DNA of 64,000 nt, taken from NCBI GenBank assembly GCA_036785375.1, contig JAWMAR010000424.1, positions 496,001-560,000 on the forward strand. Direction: 5' to 3'. Below, piece after piece: positions 40,701-52,087 of the stretch (position 1 is the first letter of the stretch; each line of letters starts with the position of its first letter). The position numbers and the translations under genes were made by a program. A model generated the notes under the pieces. That model made no database searches, had not been told where the DNA came from, and was given only the letters and a program-made list of their open reading frames with translations. This stretch comes from Leucoraja ocellata. Lineage: Eukaryota.

Positions 40701-43700
40701 TGAAAATGTTACACCTCTGATTCCTAATAAATCATTTTCCCTTCACATTAAACCTATGTCCTCTGGTCCTTGATTCACCTAATTCTGGCAAGAGTCTCTG
40801 TGCATCTACCCAATCTATTCCCCTCATGATTATGTACACCTTTATAAGATCATCCCTCATCCTCCTGCTCTCCAAGGAATTTTATATACTTCTATCAGTC
40901 CCAGACTACTCAACCTCTCCCTGTCGTTCAGACCCTCTAGTCCGGGCAACATCCTTGTAAATCTTGTCTGCACCCTTTCCAGCTTGACAACATCTTACCT
41001 ATGACACAGTGACCAGAACTGAACACAATACTCTAAATGCGGCCTCAGCTATGTGACCACTTTATCTACCTGTGACTCCACCTTCAAGGAACCATGCGCC
41101 TGCACTCTTAGATCCCTCCGCTCTACACCTGCACCATAGGCCTACCATTCACTGTGTAGGTCCTGCCTATGTTAGACTTCCCAAAATGCAACACCTCACA
41201 TTTCTCTGTATTAAATCCCATCAACCATTCCTCAGCCCACCTGGCAATCGAACAAGATCCTGCTGCAATTTTTCACAACCATCTTCACTATCTGCAAAAC
41301 CACTCACTTTTGTATCATCTGCAAACTTGCTAATCTTGCCCTGTATATTCTCATTCAAATCATTGATGTAGATGACAAACAGTAACGGGCCCAGCATCGA
41401 ACCCTGAGGCACACCACTAGTCACAGGCCTCCAGTCTGAGAAGCAACCTTCCACCATCACCCTCTGCTTCCTTCCATGCAGCCATGAAGATTTGTCTACC
41501 TTCATACATGAAAGTCTCTTCAGCAGGATCAGGATCAGAGAAAAGTATATGTCTAGAGAGATGTATTTAACTAAATAACAGTTGTATGAACTTTTGCAGC
41601 AGCAACATGCAGATCTTTAGTCAGGTTAAGGCTTCCCTTTTGTGCTCTTAAAATGTTGATGGGAAACTACAAAAGTTCGAGACCTGTGATCCAGCTTCTC
41701 GGAATGTGTTGGGATACCTTATCTCAGGCAGTGTTGGCATCATTATATGTGAGACTCCTTCTTGTGTTTTATTACAGCGCCGATACAGATGTCACCACAG
41801 GAAGTCCCAATGAGGAGGATAAATCAAGCTACGGATCTGGAAATTCAAAGTGCAGGACGGTAATGCTTTTGCTGAAACATGGAACATAGAACAGTACAGC
41901 ACAGGAACAGGCCCTTCAGCCCACAATGTCTGTGCTGAACATGATGCCAAGACCATCACTTATCTACCTGCACATAACCCATATCCCTCCATTCCCAGCA
42001 TATCCATGTTTCTATCCAAAAGCCTCATAAACGCCACTCCCTCACCACCCCTGGCAGTATGTTCTGGACACTCACTTCCTTCTGTGTAAAAAATAACTTG
42101 CTCCACACATCTCCATTAATCTTTGCATTTCTCACCTTAAAGCTATGGCCTCTGGTGTTTGATTTTTCCATTCTAGGAAAAAGATTCCTACTGTCTTTCC
42201 GTTCATTCCTCTCATAATTATACATACTTTTCTACACAATCTCCAGCAATCCAGAAAAAAACAATCCTAGTCTGTCCAACCACCCCCTGTAGCTAATACC
42301 CTCAAATCCAAGCATCATTCTGGCAAACCTCTTCTGCATCCTTTCTAAAGCCTTCACACCATTCCTGCCATGGGGCGACCAGAACTGCACACAAGACTCC
42401 AAATGGGGCCAGACCAAAGTCATGTAAAGATGCTTCATGGCTTCCTGACTCTTGTACTCAATGCCCCAGGGAATCATTGAAATATGAATGTGATTTGATT
42501 GCCTGTCGTGGATTGTACATGTTTAACATCTAGCAAATCCCTGGGAATATTATCTCCATCATCTAGAGATAAGGCATTTCCAAAGTGCTACATACACATG
42601 GTTTGATGTGTACAACTGCCTTGTCTTTTTTGTAGGGTTTCAAATCCGATCCTTATAATATATCACAAATTCCAAAAATGCTCCCCTGCTGACTCTCCCT
42701 CTATTTCATCAACTCAATCCCACAAGACAACATTCTCACATTCCTTGCCTCGTTGGTCTATCTACGGACTGTGTCAGAGGCTCCCTTAAATATGTCTCAG
42801 TAAATATGCTCCTTCTGTACTTAGGTGCCAAGACCGTCTCAGTTAATACTTGGGGAAATTAAAATCCCTGAGATTAATAACGTTATTGTTTAGTATTTAA
42901 GAAGGAACTGCAGATGCTGGAAAACCAAAGGTACACAAAAATGCTGGGGAATCTCAGCGGGTGCAGCAGCATCTATGGAGCGAAGGAAATAGGCAATGTT
43001 TCGGGCCGAAAGTTATTGTTTAGTATCTCTGTGACATCTGTCTACATCACGGTTCCTCTACCTCTTGTTAACTGATGAAAGGTCTATACTCATCACCCTC
43101 AAAGTGACAATATCCTTTTATTCCAAAACTCTTCTACATGGCCTCGTTTGTGAAACAGGCAGCACGGTGGCGCAGCGGTAGAGTTGCTGCCTTGCAGTGC
43201 CGGAGACCCAGGTTAGATCCTGACTGCATGTGCCGTGTGTACGGTGTTTGCACGTTCCTCCCGTGACTGGGTTTTCTCGGGGAGCTCCGGTTTCCTCCCA
43301 CACTCCATAGACGGGCAGGTTGGAGGTTAATTGGCTTCGGTAAGATTGTAAATTGTCCCTAGTGTGCAAGATAGTGCAAGTGTATGGGGTGATCGGTGGT
43401 CGGCGTAGACTCGGTGGGATGATGGGCCCGTTTCCACGCTGTATCTCTGAAGTCTAAAGTTCAAAGATAATCTCTCCAACACTGAAATAATGCAATGATG
43501 ACAAAGATAATTAATGCAAGCGTTATATGTGCTTATTTAAAAAGTCAGCATTTTAAATACAGGTTTTCTCATCGCAGCAAGCAGATGATAGGACTTATCC
43601 TGCTTAAATTAGAATGTAAAACATAGAACAGTATAGGAACAGGCCCTTTGGCCCACTGTGTCCGTGCTAGACATGGTTCCGACGTGAATTCTGTGCAATC

Positions 43701-43903
43701 ATTTTGACGCTGTTCATATTTGCTTGGTTCCATTTCTAAGCTCTTTCCTTTGTGTTAATTCAGCATCAACTCCAACGGGAATACAAGTGGAAGCAAAAGA
43801 CAGCAAAGCAGAAAATAAATTTAAATCACAGAATCAGGAAGAGAAAGGGGAAAAAGAATCGGAAAATGACTTTAACACTGAGAAAAAAGAGGAAAATAAT
43901 TGA
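16393..43903 (+). CDS. NCR3LG1: NCR3LG1/B7-H6-like gene (multi-exon, 5' signal exon not found): IgV-IgC1-TM-C1-like-C1-tail
   Basis: Five AG/GT-bounded, phase-1, stop-free exons (336, 321, 114, 438 and 378 nt) splice in frame to about 529 aa. The V exon has GDASLLL..QLADEGNYTCVVFVTPEKAQ and the C1 exon has CDATGFYPEAHNIYWEK..TFNVSS..YKCVMKH. Both closely resemble my recollection of human B7-H6 (GDASLRL..YRCEVVVTPLKAQ; CESSGFYPEAINITWEK). The 3' end is tentative. Confidence 0.8.
16805..17155 (+). mobile_element. CR1 3' fragment
   Basis: LYKTLVRLYLEYCVQFW..TRGHGF. Confidence 0.8.
18015..18335 (+). CDS. NCR3LG1: IgC1-set exon of NCR3LG1-like gene
   Basis: Acceptor aatacAG at 18013-14 and donor GTATGT at 18336. 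Reads AQPKL..VTCDATGFYP..IYWEK..YKCVMKH (C1-set motifs). Confidence 0.92.
18853..20158 (-). mobile_element. Non-autonomous Helitron-like element with internal 48-bp minisatellite, inserted in a CR1
   Basis: Minus-strand 3' end CTAG with a decayed subterminal hairpin (gggacccgttg..). The other end is ..atagataagat. It splits a CR1 (18505-18851 / 20159-20195). Confidence 0.65.
18975..19310. repeat. 48-bp tandem repeat, about 7 copies
   Basis: Unit approximates caccaaattcaagtgcagtttcataccatttcaagcagggtgcaaggc, with starts at 19071, 19119 and 19167. Confidence 0.9.
22761..22874 (+). CDS. NCR3LG1: Transmembrane exon (EPVEYSSTGAILGVLFAGIILCALIAFGLYVYFVKYRP)
   Basis: Acceptor ttccAG at 22759-60 and donor GTAATA at 22875. 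About 25 hydrophobic residues, acidic on the N side and basic (KYR) on the C side; phase 1-1. Confidence 0.88.
23661..24098 (+). CDS. Post-TM cysteine-less C1-like Ig domain exon
   Basis: Acceptor ttttgactAG at 23659-60 and donor GTAAAG at 24099; open in the phase-1 frame. VTPGI..TTWRVSPFRP..IYLYLKRK..VEIYPDVNQDAGAELTIEVQHKSLKQPISKTLILDV aligns by eye to the C1 pattern, with W and I in place of the two cysteines. Confidence 0.8.
24934..29014 (+). mobile_element. 5'-truncated L1 LINE (EN C-term, RT, poly(A)) in intron
   Basis: ORFs 25851-26810 (PGPDGF..DAEKAFD..QGCALSP..LYADD) and 26922-27670. AATAAA and poly(A) at 28982-29013; TSD caccaccat at 24925-33 and 29015-23. Confidence 0.92.
27676..28385 (-). 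mobile_element. Two head-to-tail non-autonomous Helitrons inside the L1
   Basis: Each ends on the minus strand in CTAG (27676-79, 28074-77), preceded by the hairpin GCAGACCC-aac-GGGTCTGC. The 5' end lies at a (GATA)n tract. Confidence 0.8.
29532..29909 (+). CDS. Second post-TM IgC1-set exon
   Basis: Acceptor ttttctcaaAG at 29530-31 and donor GTATAT at 29910. Reads VPPKV..LICSITGFKPRPLRITWQRK..SVLEIVPD..LYTCKVHH. Confidence 0.85.
32640..34100 (+). mobile_element. CR1 RT fragment
   Basis: ORF 32770-33651: NYRPVSLTSV..YLDFQKAFD..KFADDTKL. Confidence 0.88.
34190..36620 (-). mobile_element. Nested CR1 fragments
   Basis: Minus-strand RT fragments at 36084-36566, 35903-36097 and 34277-34594, with several CR1 3' tails. 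Confidence 0.8.
37290..39380 (+). mobile_element. Degenerate CR1 ORF2 with an inserted GC-rich DNA-element fragment (about 37890-38320)
   Basis: ALEIVD..ANITPLHKKG | NYRPVSL.. is split by the insert; C-terminus in ORF 39029-39445. Confidence 0.75.
39711..40185 (+). mobile_element. CR1 3' fragment
   Basis: ORF 39712-40035 plus the (ttctatg)n tail. Confidence 0.85.
40475..41480 (-). mobile_element. CR1 3' fragment
   Basis: ORF 41221-41505: GVPQGSMLGP..KFADDTK. Confidence 0.8.
41778..41859 (+). CDS. Candidate small tail exon (APIQMSPQEVPMRRINQATDLEIQ..)
   Basis: Strong acceptor (cttgtgttttattacAG) in non-repeat sequence and open in phase 1. The donor is either GTAATG at 41860 (phase 2) or a weaker GTGCAG at 41850 (phase 1). 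Confidence 0.45.
43158..43450 (+). mobile_element. tRNA-derived SINE
   Basis: A-box-like ggtggcgcagcgg and B-box-like ggttagatcc, with a CR1-like 3' end. Many related copies occur in the window. Confidence 0.75.
43764..43903 (+). CDS. Candidate terminal coding exon, charged tail (STPTGIQVEAKDSKAENKFKSQNQEEKGEKESENDFNTEKKEENN*)
   Basis: Polypyrimidine tract plus ttcAG acceptor at 43762-63. The phase-1 frame gives an E/K-rich tail ending TGA at 43901-43903; the phase-2 frame would stop at TAA 43816-43818. Confidence 0.5.
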
Positions 43904-44174
43904 CAGCTTTAAACAAAGCTTCAGACAAAGGCAAATACACTATAGGAACAAATGGTGTAAATTATAACATGGGGTTGCCAGCACGGTGGAGACACAAGGA
44001 ACTGCAGATGCAGGAACATTGAGCAAAACACAAAGTACTGGAGGAACTCAGTGCGTCAGGCAGCATCCGTGGAGGGAACATCAAGGGTTCCGACTCCAAA
44101 GGTAATCAGTCCATTTCCTCTACAGGGAACTGATCCGCTGAGTTCCTCCAGCACTTTGTAATTTGCATGTACGG

Positions 44175-47100
44175 TGGATCCAGTGGCGCTATGGTGGCTT
44201 AGGACACGCGCTGATCACCTCCGCACCGCAAAATGCCAAAAACCTATTGAAAATTTAAACCGGACAGACCTAAAAATACTCACTGGCAGATGTTCAGCAG
44301 TCGCGTAAGTGACGTCATCAGAACGCAACCCCGGTACTTTTAAAATGCCCGTTAGGCGTTTGCCTAAACACCCGCGGAAACATCAACCAGAAGTTGCTGA
44401 AGGCCACGAAGAAGCCTCAACCTTGATTATGGCACACCCCCGAGAGGAAGCAGCAAGGCAACCTCCGGGTTTGGTGGAGGACATCCGTTCAACATGGTGT
44501 CAGGAGCTTTCGGCTGTGAAGGCAGAAATCTGTGACAAGATTGACAAGATTGATGCCCGAGAGGGAGGTGAATGCCGACTTGAAAGGGGAAATCGACAGG
44601 CTTGAAACCGACATCAGCCATAAGTTGGAACCTATTCTTGCTACTTCACAAAAACAAAGCGAGGCTATTCGGGAATTGGAAACTACTGCGGCTTTAAATG
44701 ACGAGACAACACACAGTCTGACAGCTGAGGTGGAACGTATCTCCGGGTTACTAGCTAAAGTAACGGAAAAATGTCTAGATTTGGAAGGGCGCTCTAAATG
44801 TCAGAACCTCAGGATTGTTGGAGTGAAAGAAGGCAAAGAACTTGGTTAAAATCTTCGAGATTTTACGGCTCAACTACTTCAAGACATACTCTCTTTGGAT
44901 GAAAAACCTAAACTTGACCAGGCTCACAGAGCTCTGAGAGCCAGGTCAGGCATCACTGCCCCACCAAGACATTTGATCCTGTGGGTGCACCACTGCCATG
45001 TTCTAGAGGATATTCTGCAGAAAGTTGCCAGCAACAGAAACCTAAAATTTCAAAGTGAAAACATACGAATCTTCAGGGACTTCCCTGCCAAAGTCGTTAT
45101 GAAAAAAACACTCTTCTCCAAGTCAAGAGCTATTCTGAGGGACATATCTGATCTCCGATTCGGCCTATTATATCCTTCCAAATTGAAAGTTACTTATAAA
45201 GGGGTTGAATCCTTCTTTACTGATCCTGATAAAGTATTCAAGTTTGCCCTGGACACTGGGATCCGTCAAGGGATAAGTAATACTTTACTGACTTTGTACT
45301 GTGATGATAATCAATAAGTTTATACTGTGTTTATAATCAATAAGTTGTTATTAACCAACTCTAAGTCTGTAGATTTATATGTTAAAACAGTATTAATATA
45401 CATCAATACCAACACTTAAAATGTGGATTGCAAGTATGTTGGACACCGCTCATCTTGAGGAAATGCGATTCCTCCTAATGGATAAATTAGACCAATTCGT
45501 AACGAGTTGGTCTCCATTCGTCGTTTTTTTGGAATCATATGGTGCAACACAATTGTAAAAAATAACTGTTTCAGGACTGGACGAGGGTTGGTCAAGATTA
45601 TAAATAATGATCTCCTTTTTTAAATTTTCTTTTCTTTTCTCTATTTTCTCTCTCAACTTTCTTCATTTACTCGTTTTCTTTCTTCACACACTATATATTT
45701 CACATCCTTCTATCCTTTACTATCTAACTTATTTTTCTAATTCTCATTTTTTTTCAATGTAACAAAAAAAAAAAAGAAGTTGTACATAAAATGTATTATG
45801 AAAATATATATTAGGCACTTTGGTGCCATATGACTGTACTTACTTCTAATAAAATAAAATATTTAAAAAAAAACCCAGTATTAATAGAAAGTTAAGTAAT
45901 AAGTGCCGTATGTTAGTTAAATTTCTCAATATTCAACGACTTAGTTAGATCCCACTAAGATACTTAATGTTGATTCCCTGATGGATGTAAATATTTTAAA
46001 ATATTTTTAAAGTTTGTTCTATTTAGTTTTTATTAACTCCTTAACCATATAACCATATAACAATTACAGCACGGAAACAGGCCATCTCGACCCTTCTAGT
46101 CCGTGCCGAACACGTATTCTCCCATAGTCCTTAAGGTGCAGAGTTATCTAATATTATCTATCTTACGGAAGCTTTCATTAACGTAACCACCATTGGGTGG
46201 TATTCACTAGCAACATCCTTATATGCTGTCATTTTTGTTGTTTCTCTTTTTCACTTTCTAATTTATTTACTAAATATCTCATCTATCTTTACATTTTTCT
46301 TGGAGATATCTCTGGGGGATAGGGGAAATGGGGATAGGGCTCACCCACCCAGCATTTAAAGGAAATATTTCAAATAATGTGTTGGACCATTTAAATCAAA
46401 AGAGACCATGTAAGCTTTAAAAAGCAAGATGATGTAGCTAGGAAAATAGGAGGAATCACATTTTGTAGTTGGAATGTTAGGGGCGTTAATGAGCCAATTA
46501 AAAGGGGTAAAATATTAACCCATTTAAAATCTATTAATACTGATATAATATTTCTTCAGGAGACGCATCTCAAAAATGGAACTCACAAGGGTAGGTGGAT
46601 TGAAGGGTAGGTGGATTGGACAATTATATCACTCTACGTTTTCTTCCAAAGCAAGAGGAACAGCAATTCTAATTCATAAAGGTATACCATTCAAACATAA
46701 ATCCACTATAGCTGATAAGGAAGGCAGGTACATTATAATATCAGGGGAATTGTATTCAATCCTCCATTGCACATGGTGAATATTTATGCTCCTAACTTCA
46801 ATAATCCTTTTTCTTTTTATCTTTGTGGTTTTTTTTCCACATATACAATGTGTATTTGGACACTGGTCTCATATTTAGGATATACCTGTTATTAATGTAA
46901 TCCTGATCCCTATGTATCAACATCATTGTTATGTTTATCATTATTCTTTTTGCTTTGTTTTGTTTTAGTTTTTTGGAAAAAAAACGAATAAAAAGATTTT
47001 AAAAGAAAGAAAGATCAATACTTGGATAAATCTTCACTTCAAAGGAAAAGTACATCAAAATCAAGTGACCTTTTAAATAGCTATATAAACAACACAAACA

Positions 47101-50020
47101 TATGAGACGCATGGAGGATTGCCAATCCGTCTGGAAGAGAATACTCTTCTTATTCAGCTGTTCACAAAGTTTACACACAAATTGACTATTTCTTGGTTGA
47201 CGCTAAACTTATCCCTTTTACCTATAATGCAAAATATCACAACATTATTATTTCGATTCACTGTCCTCTTACTTTTTCAGTAAAATTGGAAGAAATGTGT
47301 AATAAACAACCATTTTGGAGATTTAATCCACAAATACTAGCTGAGGCAAGTTATTGTTACCATCTGAAGCTACAGATGAAAACATTTTTTGAGACAAACG
47401 ACAGCCCCGGTATTACTCCATCTTTGCTGTGGGAAACATTTAAAGCCTATGTCAGAGGCTGTATTATCACATAGCAAGCTTTTCAAAATAAGAAAAATAA
47501 GACTGAACAATTGGAATTAGAAAAACAGATAAAACTGTTAGACCTAGAAAAAACGGCTGACCCAACCATTGCAAAAAATAATAAGATAGCTGCACTAAAA
47601 TTTAAATTCAACCAGATTCTCTCAGCAAAAATTATTAGGGTATTTCAATATACTAAACAGAAACATTTTGAATTTGGTGATAAACCACACAAGCTACTAG
47701 CACACCAACTTCGCAAATTAGAGAATGACCAAACGTATTACACACAAAATTAGATCAGAAAAAGGAGATTTGCTTACATTGCCTAAAGATATCAATGGAA
47801 GATTCTTACAATTCTACCAAACACTATATTCATCAAAAACAACAGTCGATCCTGCAAAGATGAAAAGCTTTCTTGAGAATTGGAATCTCCCATCTCAAAA
47901 TGAGGGGGAACGGGATGAATTAGGCGCAGAGATAACAACAAAATACATTGTAGAGACTATTAAAACATTGAAAAGTGGAAAAACGCCTGGGCTTAACGAA
48001 TTTTTTTTTTTTTAATGATTTAATTTCTCCACGTTTACATTACTTTACATTCAAGCATTTAAAGAACAGACTTTACCACAAACTCTTGCTGAATCAACCA
48101 TTACATTAATTCCAAAAAAAGATACAAATCTCAAGTAGCCTGTATCCTATAGGGCAATGGCCCTTTTAAATACGGATCAGAAGATACTAGCTAAGACTTT
48201 GGCTCGTAGAGTAAGCCTAGTTATCGGTAAACTAATACATCCAGATCAAACTGGGTTTATACCTAAACGACACTCGTTTTAGAATTTGAGACGTTTGTTT
48301 AACATAATATATTCGCAGAGAATGGCAAACGAAGATTTAACAATTATTTCTCGAGATGCAGAAAAGGCTTTCGACCAAGTGGAATGGTCTTTTCACAGTT
48401 GGAAAAATTCCAATTGGGAGAAAACTTAACGTTATGGGTGAAGCTTTTATACACTAATCCGACAGCTAGAATACCGACAAATCAAATGCTTACACCTAAA
48501 TTTTATTTATCTAGGGGTAACAGACAAGGATGTGCCCTTTCTCCAATGTTATTTCCTTTAGCCATAGAACCCCGTGCCGAGAGTATCAGATCCCATTCAG
48601 GCATTTATGGATATAATACCAAACATACCTCCAGTAAAATCTTGTTATATGCAGATGATGTACTTTTATACATTACTAATCCCCAAGTTAGTATTCCAAA
48701 TGTTTTAAACATTATAGAACAATTTGGTTCTTTTTCTGGATACAGAATAAATTGGAACAAAAGTGAAATCATGCCAAGAACAGAACAAGACCCTTCTCAA
48801 CTCCACAATTTCCTTTCAGAATTGTTACTGAAATGTTCAGATATCTTGTAATTTACCAATATCCTATCTCCCTTATTGGTAGATTAAATGCCATAAAGAT
48901 GATCTTCCTTCCGCAACTTTTATATTTATTCCAATCAATACCGATATATCTCCCTAAAAGCTTTTTTTTTTAAAAATTACTCTATTGTCACTAACTTTAT
49001 TTGGGACTACAAAACCCACAGAATACACAAAAGATATTTGTGTAAATCCAAAGAAAATAGAGGATTAGCTCTACCTAATTTTCTTTTTTACTACTGGGCA
49101 ACAAATATTAAAAATATAACTTTCTGGTTGGACGATACGTCAACATGTAAATTGGTTAAAAATGGAGAGGGAGGATTGTTTGCCTTTTAGTATGGGCTCG
49201 ATCCTCCCATCTCCAATACATTTGAATAAGTCAACGTATGAGCAAAATCCGATAATACATAGTACTGTCCGTATCTGGAAACAGCTGAAATTCAATCTTA
49301 AATTGAGAAATATGTCTCTCCTTCTTCCTATTGGAAACATTCCCTCATTTCAACCATCTACTTTAAATGGGGTGTTTGTTCAATGGAAGAACCTGGGAAT
49401 CAATACTGTGGGAGACCTCTATAAGAAGGGGACTCTCTCTTCTTTTCAAGAACTACAGGAGAAATATCACTTGAATGCCAATAATTTTTTTAGATACCTT
49501 CAAATCCGAGATTACGTGAAAACATATACACAAGACTGTCCTTTTATGGGTCCAGATATATTAGACGATTGTTTGAATAGACATGCCGATACAAGTAAGT
49601 TGATATCTTACATTTATAACACTTCTAAATATTGACACCCCACCCTCTGAGATTTATAGGCGAGCATGGGAGGACGAGCTGGGTTCATCCATTTCAAAAG
49701 ATATATGGGAGGAAATACATACATTACTGTTCTTTAAATGCCAGGCATTGCCTGATACAATTCAAATTATTGCATTGGTTATACTACTCAAAGACCAAAT
49801 TGGACAAGATCTTCCCAACTGTCTCCCCTCTTTGTGATAAATGTCACTTTCAAGAAACCACCCTAACTCATTCTGTATAAAATAAGTTAACCTGTATAAA
49901 AATACAAAACTTGTGGACGGAAATATTCAATATCATTTCTAAAACACTTAAAATGTAATTGGAGCCAGATTCAAAACTAATAATATTAGGAATGTCAGAG
50001 AGCTGTCCTAATCTAACGAT
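44175..50020 (+). mobile_element. Near full-length degenerate L1 (ORF1 + ORF2) with nested inserts
   Basis: ORF1 coiled coil plus LDLEGRSKCQNLRIVGVKEG and RIFRDF..LLYPSKL; ORF2 endonuclease from about 46450, RT QGCALSP..LYADD and CDKC knuckle. Multiple stops and frameshifts. Confidence 0.88.
45399..45875 (+). mobile_element. L1 3' end inserted between ORF1 and ORF2 of the host L1
   Basis: AATAAA and poly(A) end; TSD cagtattaata at 45388-98 and 45876-86; resembles 28500-29010. Confidence 0.75.
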
Positions 50021-51090
50021 ATAGAAACATAGAAAATAGGTGCAGGAGGAGGCCATTCGGCCCTTCGAGCCAGCACTACCATTCGTTGTGATCATGGCTG
50101 ATCATCCCCTATCACTAACCCGTGCCTGCCTTCTCCCCATATTCCTTGACTCCACTAGCCCCTAGAGCTCTATCTAACTCTCTCTTAAATCCATCCAGTG
50201 ATTTGGCCTCCACTGCCCTCTGTGGCAGGGAATTCCATAAATTCACAACTCTCTGGGTGAAAAAGTTTTTTCCTACCTCAGTCTTAAATGACCTCCCCTT
50301 TATTCTAAGACTGTGGCTCCTGGTTCTGGACTCGCCCAACATTGGGAACATTGTTCCTGCATCTAGCTTGTCCAGTCCTTTTATAATTGTATATGTTTCT
50401 CTAAGATATCCCCTCATCCTTCTAAACTCCAATGAATACAAGTCTTTTCAGTCTTTCCTCATATGACAGTCCCGCCATCCCAGGGATCAATCTCGTGAAC
50501 CTACGCTGCACTGCCTCAATCACAAGGATGTCTTTTCTCAAATTAGGAGACCAAAACTGTACACAATACTCCAGATCTGGTCTCACCAGAGCCCTATACA
50601 ACTGCAGAAGAACCTCTTTACTCCTATACTTGAGAAATCCTCCTAAGAGAAATCCTCTTGTTATGAAGGCCAACATTCCATTAGCTTTCTTCACTGCCTG
50701 CTGTACCTGCACACCAACTTTCAGTGACCGGTGTACAAGGACGCCCAGGTCTCGCTGTACCTCCCCCTAACCTAACCTAACCCCATTGAGATAATAATCT
50801 GCCCCCTTGTTTTTGCCACCAAAGTGGATAACCTCACATTTATCTATATTATTATACTGGATCTGCCACAAATCTGCCCACTCACTCAACCTGTCCAGGT
50901 CACCCTGCAACCTACTAACATCCTCTTCACAGTTCACACTGCCACCCAGCTTTATGTCATCCGCAAACTTGCTAGTGTTGCTCCTAATTCCCTCTTCCAA
51001 ATCATTAATATATATGGTAAACAGTTGCGGCCCCAACACCGAGTCTTGCGGCACTCCACTCGCCACTGCCTGCCATTCTGAAAAGGCCCT
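50021..51090 (-). mobile_element. CR1 3' part
   Basis: ORFs 50115-50441, 50422-50712 and 50767-51147 encode CR1 RT and C-terminus. Confidence 0.88.
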
Positions 51091-52087
51091 TATTGGATGA
51101 GGGTGGATCTTATAGAAACATATAAAATTATAAAAGGACTGAGGCAATCAACACTTCCGGGTTTTATAGTTCCTCTGGAAGGAGCCTTCAAGAGAGAGAA
51201 TCTCAACATTTGTTAAACACTAATAACTTTTATTTTTCATCGATGGAAAAATCCTCTTGTTCTGCGCAGCGAAGGGGGACTCTGAGTAAGATGGGCAAAA
51301 ATCACAGCCGTAAGTGGCAGCGTTTTTTCTAAAATCAATATACAGAACAACAGGAAGTGGTCAAGATCAGACATTTAGTAATATAGATAACTGTACGACC
51401 ACATCCATACCCAGACTCGATACCACAGCCACATTTGCTTCCTCGGGCCTGCCTGCGCCTCCATCTCATACCCCATGGCTTCCAGCTCCAGTTCCCTACC
51501 TCCCAGTTCAGACCCCAACCGGACCATCGGTACCGACTGGCTATCCACCGGCACACCCAGCAATTCTCCAACCGGGCACTGAGATCCACCCTGGCCGCGA
51601 TGTGCCGGCACCAACAGGACCTCACATCAACACTCCCTGAACTTCAGGCCTCACTAACCCAGACCTGCAACGGACCCCAATTATATTTAATTCGCCAGAA
51701 CTCTTCAATCAAAAATTCCTGGCCTACCTTAATTCCACAAAGGACCTTAAATTATCCCGCCTCCAGGCCGCTACCGACGCGCCGCGACACCCGCAGACTC
51801 CGGGCCCCAACTCTGGCCTGCATCGCCTGCCCGAGTCCCGCAACGCCATCTTGGCCACGAGGAGCGCCCTCAATACTCATCAGGACGCCGCCTTCACCGA
51901 CCTCCACATCGATTCTGCCGCCGACCCTCACCGGCCTACCGATGACACCCAGCCTCGCCGCTTCTACGGTAACTCTGACCCACCTCCCCATTGCTGATTC
52001 CTCCGACCTTCGCCGCCCTCCGGGACCGCCCAGCCTCATCACCGCTCCGGGCCTACCCAACATCACCGCCGCACTGGGCCCGCCTAA

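Noticed and set aside
42636-42790. Strong-looking splice acceptor followed by an open frame
   Set aside because: The sequence resembles a decayed minus-strand CR1 remnant, has no good donor and gives an uninformative translation.
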